DNA of 64,000 bases from Microthyrium microscopicum. Taxonomy: Eukaryota. The stretch spans positions 1,866,070-1,930,069 of the forward strand of contig MU004236.1 in NCBI GenBank assembly GCA_010405405.1, given 5' to 3'. The notes beneath the pieces were generated by a model. The model saw only the letters and a program-made list of their open reading frames with translations. It made no database searches and was not told the origin of the DNA. Made by a program: the position numbers and the translations under genes. Of the stretch, positions 13,454-25,934 are shown in pieces (within the stretch, counting starts at the first letter, position 1; the number at the start of each line of letters is the position of its first letter).

Positions 13454-13937
13454 CTCCAGCTTGATTATTGTAGGCATGCGACACCACATAACAGTTAAGG
13501 CACTTGGCAATTATTATTGTGCGCAAATCGCTCAAACGTGGCAAACCGGGGAGACCTTATACCTCAGGGGTTCTAACGGCCGTTGCCATTGGCTTTACTG
13601 TGAGCAAAACCTGTTGGCGTCATGACTTGCAGAGCTCACCACATGGCATATCGAGGTTGCGACCAGATCCGGCATCACATGCCAGTTTCCTTTACCACCA
13701 CATAGCTGTTCTGACCCTCTGCTCACTTCATCTACTGCTTCTCATACCAATCGCCTTTAATTGACCATATAACTCAACCCACAATCTCTCCATCCGTGCA
13801 CCCGCTGTCTCTTGCACCTTTAAATACTCCAGCCAACCCCTCCTTGTTACCCTACAAGCCAATACCTCCAGTCCCTACCTTCTCGTCAACCACAACTTAC
13901 TCCACGTTTACGTCACTTCCATTCTACAATCACAACC

Positions 13938-14403
13938 ATGGGTGTCGCCGATCCAGCATTTCCCTCCTCTGAGGCATTCGACATGATCGATTCCGCCCTC
14001 AATGCCAGCGAAGAGGACCGAAAAGAGGCCATCAAAAGAGGTGGTGCCATCTTTGCCTTTACACTTAAGAACGCCGAAGGCAAGCAAGAAAGCTGGTACC
14101 TCGACCTAAAGAAGGAGGGCAAAGTCGGCAAGGGTGCTTCTCCTCCTGGAGAAAAAGCTACTGGTAAGCTCGCGCGCCCTCATCCGTGATGTCGAAGCAT
14201 CCAAATCCATCATTTACTAACATAATCTGTTACTAGTTACTCTCGTTCTCACCGATGCCGACTTTGGCAAGCTCGTGAAGGGCACTGCCAAGGCTCAAAC
14301 TCTCTTCATGGGCGGCAAGCTCAAGATCAAGGGTGATATGATGAAGGCTACCCGACTAGAGCCAATTCTCGGCCAAGCGAGACAGCAAGGCGCCAAGTTG
14401 TAG
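13938..14403 (+). CDS. Peroxisomal sterol carrier protein 2 domain protein (POX18-like)
   Basis: FPSSEAFDMI...WYLDLKKEGKVGKG, intron ~14164-14236, then AQTLFMGGKLKIKGDMMKA. Ends in -AKL stop (PTS1). Confidence 0.92.
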
Positions 14404-15326
14404 ATGCGGTCTATCTCTACGCGGTTGGACACAATGATGTTGGTTAGTTCCGGTTCCACGCCGACGGGAGATATCGATACATCAAATAATGCATTGTAAA
14501 TTCACTGTTCAAGTAGAATCAATCGGGAATTTTCTCTTTCTCAACTCCTGTTTTCGTAGGCCTTTCGTACGATTCCAGACATCCAACTTTCTAGGACAGA
14601 ATGACTGCAACAATGTAAATTCGGGAGGCCTTGCTAAATCCATATCAACAGGCCTTCACCCAAGTCTAGCGCGCAAATGCTATACATATTATCTTAATCT
14701 TATGCCATCCAAGAGATAAACAGTTGCATACCGTAAACGAAGCAATACCAGATGCTTTTTGGTCAGGGTCCTTGGTCGCAGGGCGAACCACCAGACAACG
14801 CGGTTCATGATCGCAATAGTGTGTACTAACCACAATGTGATATATGCAGCTGCTGCATAGGGTCGAATGCAAGAGATAGTTCTGTTTTCAGCTTTGATCT
14901 TGCGCTTCATATGCGCTGTACCTGCCCCCACACACCCAATTTTCGAGGTCTCGTTTTTTCTATTGGTTAGGTTTCTTGACCGCAATTGCCTGACGTGGCC
15001 AGCAGACAGCAAGTCTTGATCGCATGCACGATTCAAATATGCGACTTCCATTTTGAAATTAGGCTAACGGGTTGTGATGGAAGGAACATAAGAGGTCTTT
15101 ACTCCGTTGGTCATATATGGTTTGCATATTAGGACAATGTCACATTCTATCCCTATCAACTCTATCACCATTCACCTCTTGACTCGCCGTTTGTGTTAAG
15201 TCTTCCAACGCCTCGTTTCAAGGAATAAATACTCTTCTCGTCCTGATATGCTCTCTTCCTATTAGTCAACTCTAACTCTCGACGATATCCTTAGACTGCA
15301 GCAAACAATTGAACAAAGCCATCAAG

Positions 15327-17122
15327 ATGCCTACAAGCAAAGGAATACAGTGCTATTCATACATCTGCGCTCCAGGATGTCAAGTCGAATTCTCCATTCC
15401 CGGTCATACCATCACAAAGACGAACCAGAAAGAGTACGCCAGCGACCACTTAGAGTTGGACAAGAAAGATCTGAAAGGCATCTTCAACTTCTCTGGAATC
15501 TTCAGATTCCGCGTAACTCAGAACGGACAAGAACTTGCCAACAAATGGGTTCAAATCAACGTCCTGACCGGCAACTTGGAAACTGGTAACATGAAAGCCA
15601 TGGAAGATCAAATTGCCATCGTCACCAAGGACATTGTCATTACCTACACCTTCTACGATGCAGGGAATGGAGAAGTAGGCCTGCCAAAATGGGTCCAGTG
15701 TATGGTGTCTGTCTCGCCCAACTACTCGCAATGGATGACTACAGTGGCAGCTCCGGGCTCTTCTCTGGCTAGTCGTCCATTCGTCAACTTCTGCCTGCCT
15801 AGTTCGCACGACATTGGCATGAACAGTATGCAGAACTCGGAAGTCTTGCTGCAGAATGCATCGACGATATTTCTCAGTGTGCTCAAGATGAACTTTGGCG
15901 TGTTCAGCGACATCAGTAACGATATTGTCGATAAAGTACTACTTGGAATGGCACCCAACATCATCAGAGGTCTTGCGATTACACAGAAAGATAGCTTGAC
16001 GAACATACTTCAGGCTGGTACGCGGTACTTTGAGTTTCGCCCGGCGCATTTGTATGATGTGGTGAGAGCTGCGAATGTGATGCCTGATGTACTGTATTTC
16101 CAGCATGGACCGATTCCTGGAATGCCTTATGCGCAGTTTCTGGCTGATTGTGTCAGCTTTCTCATCAAAAATCCAGGCGAAATCGTCGTCTTCCAAATTC
16201 GATGGGATGGAGTACCAGCACAATGCGCTCGACCTGATGCAAACGAACTCGCCAAATATCTTAACGATGCCTTGGCTCCATCAAATGGAAGTCTAAAAGC
16301 AGGCTCGCTAGATGACATGCTCAACTCCACAATCGACAGCCTCCGAAGCCAGAACAAGCGCCTGATCGTTCTCGAAAATGTGGCCTCGTACAGCACGTAC
16401 GATGACACAGGCAACGCGACTCTTTCTGGAGACAGCATCATTGCAGAGTTTACAAAGCTCAGTCCTGACAATACAAGGGGCCATGCTTTTACTAATCTTC
16501 AGTGTCAAGCTACTGCGACTAAGATCAAGAATGTCGTCGCGTACTCGTCACTGACGGCTAATGTGTCGAACTCTTGTCTCCTGGCTACGAAAAGTATATG
16601 TGACAATAAAACAATGCCTTGGGTCAGGGATAATGCGTTGAAATCTGGTATGTATCTCATTCTGAGCCTTTGGGAGTTGTTGACTGAGAGGTGCTGTACT
16701 CATATTTTCGCAGTGGATCCAGCGCAGCTGATTGTCATCATGGATGACTTCGTCGACGGTGGTATGGCTGATTTAGCCCGTGATCTTTCGATAAAAAGGC
16801 TGAATGGGTATGTTGAAGTTCTCCTACTTGATGTTTATACTGCACACCTGACTGCCTGTTTCTCTTGACTTCATTCCAAGTCAAGAGCTTCACAAAGTTT
16901 TTTGACTACCCGGTCCTAAGTGCTTTTACTGATACTCCTCTCAGAACCGAAACAAAAGTTCAAAGCTCATCAACAAACGTTGTATCGAAACCCAGGATGA
17001 ACGTCGTTGATCCCAGCCCTGAAGAAGAACCAAACACTGAACCCGCCAAAGCGAAACCGCGCACATCTCAACGTTTCAGTCAACTCTTCAAGTTTTTCCG
17101 TCCAAGCTCCACCAGTAACTAA
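15327..17122 (+). CDS. PLC-like phosphodiesterase (PI-PLC X-box TIM-barrel fold)
   Basis: LPSSHDIGM, AITQKDSL, GTRYFEFRP, FQHGPIPG, NPGEIVV and MDDFVD motifs. Introns near 16648-16713 and 16808-16944; the last exon is uncertain. Confidence 0.8.
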
Positions 17123-17790
17123 ACCAGAACACGCGACTCATAGAAGATGTCCTACGTAGCCACTGCACTCAACGGTCCGTAGTTGTGGCGGAAACCGATA
17201 CCGCTTGAGCATCCGCGACCGCTTTGTCACCAACAATTCTCACAACTCAGCCTTGAACCGCTGTTCGCAAGGATGCGATGTGACGAAGGCTTGCGGCTCT
17301 CGATCCAATAATCCCTATAGCATTCCTGGTCCTGCATTAGCTCCGATAATCCATCCCTACGACCTGTGCAAAACATACTCCTTTCTTCACGTCTACTCGG
17401 CACTATGATGCCGAGCCGGTGGTCACTCTTCATTTTTTTACACCTAATTATTTCCTGGTAACTGGTATCTGAGGCATTATTCACTAGCTGAGGATTGATC
17501 GCCGGTGCCGTAAACATGGGTTATCTTTTGCTCTGCTTCAGCAAATCCTGGAAATCGCTTCACGATGCCGGGGACGGATTTGCCAAAATGTCAATGATGG
17601 TAGAACCTAGTTGCGGTTTGTTATTGCCGATTATAATGTATAAGTTTTAACTTCTGCTCAATATAGAGTCTTGTGTGTATTGTTTTGTCTCACCTCTCAC
17701 CAACTGAGCCCAAGTATCTGCATCTTAGTCTTTCTACTGGCCTAACCTTATATCAACACCATTTATATCACAGGGACACCATAAACTAAA

Positions 17791-19722
17791 ATGAATGAGC
17801 GCCAAAGGGCGGCGGAAGCCACCCTCCATGGTGAGTTCAATCGTGCTGAGATGTTGAAATATCACTAACATCTTCAACCAGACCAGGAGAATCTGCTACC
17901 AAACAAACAGTTAATATTCGTATTTGGACTCCTAGCAGTGTCGTTGCTGGTCATGTTCGTCGACCAAAACGGCATCGGACAACTTCTACCTACCGTTGCA
18001 AAGGACCTCAACGCAACAGCTACTATATCCTGGGCTGGTACTTCCGCACTGATCGGTAACACTGTTTTCCAAGTTCTCTATGGTCGACTTTCCGACATCT
18101 TCGGCAGGAAAAAGGTCTACCTTAGCGCTTTGGCTCTGCTCTCCTTTGCGGATCTGATGTGCGGACTGAGTAAGAATGCGCCAATGTTCTACTTCTTTCG
18201 AGGTTTGGCTGGTGTTGCCGGAGGCGGAATTACCAGTTTGTCAATGATGATTGTCAGTGATATCGTCAGTCTCGAACGACGAGGAAAGTTTCAAGGAATT
18301 CTGGGTTCCATGGTTGGTAAGTATTCCGACTACAAAATTCATTAGGAAATTTCACTAACACTTTTTAAGGCATTGGAAACTTGATAGGTCCAATCCTAGC
18401 GGCAGTTTTCGCTCAAAAGGCTAGTTGGCGATACCTGTTCTATATGCTTGTACCACTCTCTGCCATATGTTGTGGTGTTTGCGGATATTTCTTGCCGACT
18501 ACTATGCCAAAGGGTGGTCTGAAGGAAAACGTCAAGAAGATTGACTACTGGGGAGTCGCTACAGCCTCAGTTGCATTGATTTTGCTTCTCATTCCAATCT
18601 CTGGAGGCGGTGCCTACTTCGAATGGAACTCGTAAGTTTAACCGACTGAATTTGTGAATGAAGCTAACTTCTATTAGACCAATGGTGATATCTATGCTTG
18701 TTATTGGTGGTGTTTTCCTCATTGCTTTCATCATTGTTGAATGGAAGCTGGCCGCTCTGCCCATGATTCCTCGTAAGTATTCTCTTGTCTCATACTGAAA
18801 ACAGACTCTAAGAATCCCAGTCAATGTTTTCAAAAACCCGGCTGTCGCAGCTATTCTGGTGCAGCAATTCTTCTTCGGCATCCTCTTCTATGGCTTCATC
18901 TACTATCTGCCGCTCTACTTCCAAAACGTCCGACGCTTCACACCACTCAAGAGCGCGTTCATGACTATCCCTCTGATGGTCACTCAATCGATTGCATCTA
19001 TCTGCTCCGGGCAGTACATCTCACGCATGAAACGATACGGCGAATGCATTGTCATGGGCTACGTCCTCATCACTCTCAGCACATCCCTAACCACTCTTTT
19101 CGGCCAGAACACAGCACTCTGGAAGATCATCCTCATCTTGATCACAATGGGCATCGGCAACGGCAATGTTTTTCAGCCAACCATCATCGCACTCCAGGCA
19201 CACTCACCCAAACAGCAGCGCGCCATCATCATCTCCATCCGAAACTTCCTCCGATGTCTGGGTGGCGCAATCGGTCTTGCGCTATGTGCAGCAGTTCTCC
19301 AAAACTCCCTGCGCTCTGCGCTACCAGAAAAATTCAAGAACCTCGCACATTCAACCTATTCTAGACCTGACTATACACAGTACAGTGAAGCGGATGCAGT
19401 ACTTATCCAGGCAGCATATGCACATGCGAGCCATACTGTATTTATTTTCTTTGCGCCCATGGCAGCTTGTTGCTTACTTACCTGTTTATTCGTACGAGAC
19501 AGGGGATTACAGCGGGCTGAAGAGGTGCAGGCTGAGAAAGATCGGAAAGAAGCGGCACAGCTACAAGCTGAGCAACAGCGTGATACGGAAAAGGCATTGT
19601 CAGTCCACTCGCGGTCATCGCTGCCAGTCACTGGATCGGAGAAGGACAAAGAGGATATCAGTGTGAAGGACGATTTCGAGATACAGAAGCCGATGGTTGC
19701 GCCGGTCGCGCAGAAGATGTAA
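17791..19722 (+). CDS. MFS drug/metabolite transporter (14-TMS DHA2-like)
   Basis: Multi-exon gene with LYGRLSDIFGRK motif A, FRGLAGVAGGG, ERRGKFQG, IDYWG and YYLPLYFQ. Confidence 0.92.
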
Positions 19723-19946
19723 CGACAAATTATGATGTATATATGAAGCGTTTGATAATGTTGATAATTTCATACGATGAACTCCCCAATAATAGCAGGT
19801 ATCTCGGGCATATCTTTTCCTTATATAAGAGGCTTGGCTAGAATGGTAATAGAAACTTCACGTATTGAAAACTTGCAACACATATTGATCTCCAATAAGG
19901 TACTTTTGCAAGTTTGATTAGGCCGTACATAATAGCTTTGTTCCAC

Positions 19947-21266
19947 TTAAGCGGTATACGTGACATTTCCTAGCCATTGACGCAAGATACGATTGAACTC
20001 TTCTGGTTTCTCTTCGTGGGGCCAATGTGCGGTAGCAATGGTCTTCTTTCATCAGTCAAGGTGTTTTTCAAAATATGACGGTAAACTTACGGTGTTATAA
20101 TGGTTCTTGAGGAATGAAGCTGCTTTGACTTGTTTGGCGAAATCTTCCCAGTTAGACACGGGGTCTCTGGTTGGGTAAAGAGCGAATGTAGGAACTGAAA
20201 GGGTATAGTTGCCTTGAGCAACTTCATGGTCATATGTTCTCTTTCGGTTACCCATTTGGTATCCGTTGAAGGCTGTAGTCATTAGCACAATTTCTTCATG
20301 AGTAAGTCAGGCACCGAATCTCACTGTTGTAAAAGCCTTGCTTCTTGTATGATTCCACCATATAGTCCTCCACTTCTTGGGTCATGATGCCAGAGAATGG
20401 TATTCTTTCGATCTGATGAGATTCAACATATTGTCTCCATGGGCCCAAGAAAGTATCAGTCTTTGTAAGGAAGTCTGCGGGGAGCTGGCTATCGGCGACC
20501 TGGGCGCATGAGCGAATGGCCCAGCGAGGACTGTCGTCTAGCTCAACGGCTGCGAGGTAAGGATGGTCTGAGAGATAAACTTGGTAGCCGAAGAACTTGT
20601 TGAGCTTTGCGAGACCACTATTCGGAGTGAAGCCAATGCCTGCTGAGACATACTATCAAAAATGTTAAGATGACATCCATAAAAAAAAGTGAAGGGAGAG
20701 CTTACTGGAATTCCAACATTAAAAACGCCATTGAATCTATCAGGACGAGCACGACCTGCTTCCCAGCACACTTGAGCGCCAAAGTCATTTCCAATGCAAG
20801 GAGCTTGTGAAACTTTGGCATCATCCATCATACATATAATATCGTTGACAAACTTGAGCCGTGATTAGCGAAGTTTCGCATTGTCTAAATTCAATGCGCT
20901 TACATCACCCATCGTGTTGGAATTATCAAGACTCTTTGGGTGCTGAGAATCACCAAAACCTCGATGTTCTGGTATGATAAGGCGGTAGTCTTTTCCAAAC
21001 TCCGCAATCTGATGACGATATGTTGTCCACATCGATGGCCATCCGTGGGCCATCACCAGAGTCTTTTTGGCTGTTGGATTGATGTCCAAGTACGCCAACT
21101 TCAGCTTGATCGGGGTCGACTTGTTTGCCGCTCGCTCTTCAGCATTGCAAGTCACGAATTTCTTTTGATAGGACCATGGGTCGAAAGCAACGGCTGGGCT
21201 TGGGGCAGCAGAGGCTCCTGCAAGCAGAGAGCTCGCAAATGCGAGAGCGTACAGACTGTTCACCAT
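19947..21266 (-). CDS. Alpha/beta hydrolase, epoxide-hydrolase-like, with predicted signal peptide
   Basis: MVNSLYALAFASSLLAGASAAP leader; HGWP oxyanion motif, RGFGDS, GNDFGA nucleophile elbow, RDPV acid, AHWPHEEKP catalytic His. Several short introns. Confidence 0.85.
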
Positions 21267-22384
21267 TTTCAAACTAGTAAACGAGTGTATCGCGAAGTTG
21301 GCAAAAAATGAAAGACAGGACGTGATGACATTGTTCACATTACTGGACGGCCATTTGCTAATATAACAAGTCCTCGCAAATGTATTCTAGTATATTAAAA
21401 TCACGTTGGCTTGTAGACGTTGGTGTCAGCCGCAACGTACTTACATTTCACTATGAATAAGGCTTAATATCCTAAAACGAACTTTCTGCGTGACTAGCAT
21501 GGCCATAGAACTCACTGTGCGGCTTAAGATTAATGTCGAAGATGCTCATGGGAATCAAAATCAATCTAGCACGGCGTACTTTCCCTAAAAACAATTATTG
21601 TAATTTGCCCTCGGCCGTGTCCTCCGCTGATCTGAGACCAGCATTTTGTAGGTACCGATCCCATAAGTACTTTCGACTGTAACTCAATGTTCAAGCACTC
21701 AAAGTACTCTACCTCGATACATTATTCCAGCGGAAACAGGTCTCCAGATTTTGAACTTCCAAATATCCTGATATTTGGGTGACAAACTTCAGATTATAAT
21801 ATAAGCACTCAACAGAGTTTGCGTAAAATATGTCATACATCAGCAGTAGTTCAGTGTCACCAAGCCCTCGGAACTCGTTACCTTTTAGCTCTATTGCCCA
21901 ATGATGAACTGTGCTCCAGGGAAGTCAATCAGCGCACATGTAATCTGTGTAGTCTAATCAATATAGGCGTCTATAGTACCAGGGGACAAATAGGCTTAGT
22001 AGGTGCCTTTTCAAGTACCTGGGAATTCTGCTCTAGGTGGTCGCCTTAACAATTCTTCTAATGTTGGCAGTCGGATATCGCCGTAGATCTCGAATCTCTA
22101 AAGCTTAAGTGTGCCGAATCTTGAAAGGACCAAGATCTGAAATATCGGCCAGTCACCAAATGCATCTTAGGTTCGGTCCGAATTTCTAATATCCTAGGAT
22201 TTTGAGATGTTCAAGCGGGAATTATTCTAGTTCAGTCAGTGAGCAAGCACCCAAGTCAACTGTGGCATCTATTGCTGTCTTATCGAGCGGCATTCCTGAG
22301 TATTCGGATCACCCAGTTGACACCAATGTGGTCCAAAAGATCTATTTCCTTTCAAGGTGTATAAAAACGCAGAATCCTCGCTCA

Positions 22385-23674
22385 TCAGTCATCCGAATCT
22401 TCAGAATCATCATCCTGCGGCCACGGAATCGCTGGAGGTCCAGGTCGGTTCGGTTGCGCTGCTTTCCCCTGTGGTGGACTGCTAGTGATGGTAAATGAGT
22501 ATTTTCCTGCAGCAGAACCATCAAGAGTGACTTGAACCCCATACTCTGGTAGATCAATCTTTTGCTCCTTTCCAAAGTCCAGCGGCGAACTATTCAGATG
22601 CCCACCTCGGTTCATATGACAACCTGCGAGTGATGGATGTGTGTCTATAACTTTGATAGGCGGTGCAGAATAACCGCCATCCGTTCTCACAACATATGGA
22701 AGCAATCCCTGGCTACAAGACCCCTTGTCCTGCGCCAAATCTGTTCTTACTTCAAATGCTAGGACCGCAGTGTTGTTGAGTCGAACAGTGACCATTTTAG
22801 TACCACCAGGTACCTCGATGGGATCCAGTGAATGCTTTGTTGTGCCTGCGGTCGAGATACAGTCAACCTGGTTGTCATCGATCCAGCCAAGTTTCCATTT
22901 ATGCCAGGCCAGCAGCTCGGGAGACGTCCCATTGATCAAGCCCATGATATCGAAGCCGCCCGCCCAAGCTCCAACGGGTAGCTTCAATCCGTCCGGCGGA
23001 TAGAGATCGGGCAAACCCATGACGTGTCCGGTTTCGTGGTTGAGCACTTTATATCCCCATTTCAGATGCAGATCTTGACCAAAAGTGACAGCGGCGCCCA
23101 TGCGAGTTCCGTCGGCCATTTTCAGGGGCGATGTTGATGTTGGTGAAAAGGAGATTTGTGCAGCGTTGCGAGTGGGAACGATGTACACTACATCACTGGG
23201 AGAATACTTGTAGCTAGTTCCAATTGCAGCGACAGCATCGCGCATATAAGCACCCATTTTAGGTCCTGACCGATTCCAGGTATAGAACGAGGATGGATTG
23301 GCCATGCGGTAGAATTTCGACTTGTCAGCATCGACGGTGAGATTTAGACGGCCATATGATGATGTGTCGTACCATTGTTGAGATTCGGGGAAGAACTTGT
23401 CATATAACGATTGAGTTGTATCGTTGGCTATTGCATCCGGGAAATCGACGAAGAACATAAACGCCTTTAAAGTTCCGGTGCTTGGTGCAAATCGGCCGTT
23501 GGGTGGTGATATACCCTCGCCTAGGCCTCCTCGACCTGGTGGAGATAGCTTGCAGACATTTGCGAGCGGAGTCCGGACTGGCTGTTGATCTACTTCAACA
23601 GGTGTTTCCAAGCTTCTCGCTACGACGGGAGACCATAATCCCAAGAGGGCTGTTAGTGCTGGTGTAGCCAACAT
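22385..23674 (-). CDS. Secreted M6-family (immune inhibitor A-like) zinc metalloprotease
   Basis: Intronless 429-aa ORF with signal-like N-terminus, FVDFPDA, SYGRLNL, HETGHVMGLPDLY (HExxH), FDIMG and AWHKWKLGWI. Confidence 0.9.
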   Translation of the reverse strand: MLATPALTALLGLWSPVVARSLETPVEVDQQPVRTPLANVCKLSPPGRGGLGEGISPPNGRFAPSTGTLKAFMFFVDFPDAIANDTTQSLYDKFFPESQQWYDTSSYGRLNLTVDADKSKFYRMANPSSFYTWNRSGPKMGAYMRDAVAAIGTSYKYSPSDVVYIVPTRNAAQISFSPTSTSPLKMADGTRMGAAVTFGQDLHLKWGYKVLNHETGHVMGLPDLYPPDGLKLPVGAWAGGFDIMGLINGTSPELLAWHKWKLGWIDDNQVDCISTAGTTKHSLDPIEVPGGTKMVTVRLNNTAVLAFEVRTDLAQDKGSCSQGLLPYVVRTDGGYSAPPIKVIDTHPSLAGCHMNRGGHLNSSPLDFGKEQKIDLPEYGVQVTLDGSAAGKYSFTITSSPPQGKAAQPNRPGPPAIPWPQDDDSEDSDD

Positions 23675-24361
23675 TGCTGAAGAGAAGTTGCCAAATGTCT
23701 GTCTTGGATATCAAACCATTGGGGTCGAGAGAGACGATGGTGTTGAAAGCCCCAACTCATTATAGTGCCGTTTATAGGTGAGCCAGGTACTTATGATAGG
23801 AGCTCATGTATAATCAACATTATCTCTGACCCTAGAACATATAATCTGGGGAGAAGGCTTAACGGGATTCCCGCAGATTCATTCCCCTAAATAGAGCCTC
23901 GGGTGATAACGATAAGCCAATCAAATCGATTTTGGTATAAGACGTATGATGCAATATAACAAACGTACCTTGAGTCTTCTTCTTATTCTTGTGATAAATT
24001 ATGACCCAAGTATGTGGATTATGAAAACGACTTGCATGCTCCGATTAATCATCCAAGATTCGGATTCGTACATAGGAGAAAACCCATCATGTACGAAGAA
24101 TCACTCTTTCACTTGGCTGAATATTCATGATTCTTTTACAATACCGATATATCTAAGGTACTTAAGGTAGCTACAAGTTCACAAATGAGAAATACTTATC
24201 ATTATCATACCGGTATACAATTGAATTTACGCTTCAAGGTTTCGCTCTTGACGATGAAATACAGCAGAACCATTACCATAAGAAACCCGCTCTTCAGACA
24301 AACACATACCAATTTCTCCCCAGAGGCCCCGTATTAAGCTCCACAAAAGCCAGAACAACAC

Positions 24362-25934
24362 TCACACATCACCATCCTCTCCCTGTCCCACCATCTTGCT
24401 ACTTTCACCACCCATCATCATCTCAGGCGCATATTTGCTATTCATCCGCCACTTCTCGCCAAAAAAGAACAGCGCAAACGGCATCGTCGCAAACGCAGAT
24501 CCAATGAATCCAAAGGTGCTCAATGCCCACGCGCCGGTCAACTTCATGACCATCGGCACAATACATAACGGAATACTCGCCGCTAACAGAATACGCATGA
24601 CTGCCGCAATGGTAAGCGCAGATAGTGTGCCGTCGGGCCTGAATGCGTCAAAGAGGTATGGTACGATGGATATCAACGTGAGCAGTGAAGCGTATGCGTA
24701 GACTGCTGTGGCTGTTATAGGCGCTATGTAGTGGACTGTTGGTTTTGCGGACCATCCAGCCCAGAAGAGGGAGGCGGGAAGGAGGAGAGACCCGATGAGT
24801 GCGGGAATGAGACGGTATTCTAGCGGCATGGGTCCGCTCATCGAGTGTGATTTATGCCGTCGGTAGAGGAATTGTTCGATAGCGATGCTAGTGAGTGCTG
24901 CGCATATAGAGCCGATTATGGCGCTTACGAAAGCAACGCCTGATCGTTCGACAGAGAAATTATAGTTTCCGCCGAGGACGATGGGGACTGTGATAAACCA
25001 TTGAAACAAGACGCCCCAGTTGAAGAGCAGATAGAGGGTGGAGAGGAGGACGATGGGTTCAGTGATGAGTTGGGTGATTGGGTGGATTACTGTGATGGTG
25101 AACATTTGGCTGAGGGTCACGCCGCTTTGGGCGGCTGGTTGTTGGAGTTTGACGCCGTTTTTGCGGGCTCGTCGGCGTGGGATTTCGCGCTGGTAGGTTT
25201 CTGACATGCCGATGCCAAAGAGCCAGACTCCAAGACCGATCATGAGGGAGACGTAGCCGGTCCATCGCCAGCCTTTGTTGGTTGCGACGAAACCGCCGAT
25301 TAGAGGACCGAGACCGGCGCCAATGTAGGAACTTGCGCCGAGGAAGGCGTAGTAGGTGTTTGTGGTTTCTGCGGACCAGATGTCGGCAAAGGTTCCTTCA
25401 ATTAGGACGAGAGATGGTCCTCCGAAGAAGCCGGCGAAGAAACGGCACACCAGCAGACCACCGATGGTTTGGGAGCGTGAGGCGCCCAATATAAATAGCA
25501 GGTTGATGGGAATAGTTATGAGGTAAATATATGATCTGCCAACGCGCTCGGCTACGTGTGGTGTGTAGATGGGTGCAAAGGCGATTCCCATGAGATATAT
25601 GGTGAAAGCAAGAACACCAACGGTCATGGAGACATGGAACTCAGCAATAACCTGTTGCAACCCCGCAGTATATGTTGTCAAACTGAAAGCTCTACTCTCT
25701 TGTTAGCTTTGTTTTTGTTGATAAGGGGTAGGTACTAGGGTGCTTCGAGACTTACACGCTGAAGCTGAACAGCCAAGCACAAGCAGATGTGTAGATCTTC
25801 CTGTGAAAAGGCCAATTCATCGGATTGGCTTCATCGTCTGGAGCCAGTGAATGAGATAGAACTTGAGATGGCATCATTGTCGTATGATTTTGATGTTTCT
25901 CTGTAGACATATGTGCTTCGGATATGTTATCCAT
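24362..25934 (-). CDS. MFS transporter (12-TMS DHA1-like)
   Basis: Exon 1 has DDEANPMNWP..RK; exon 2 has AERVGRS, RFFAGFFGG, GWRW, MSETY and EYRL. Intron ~25755-25692. Confidence 0.92.
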
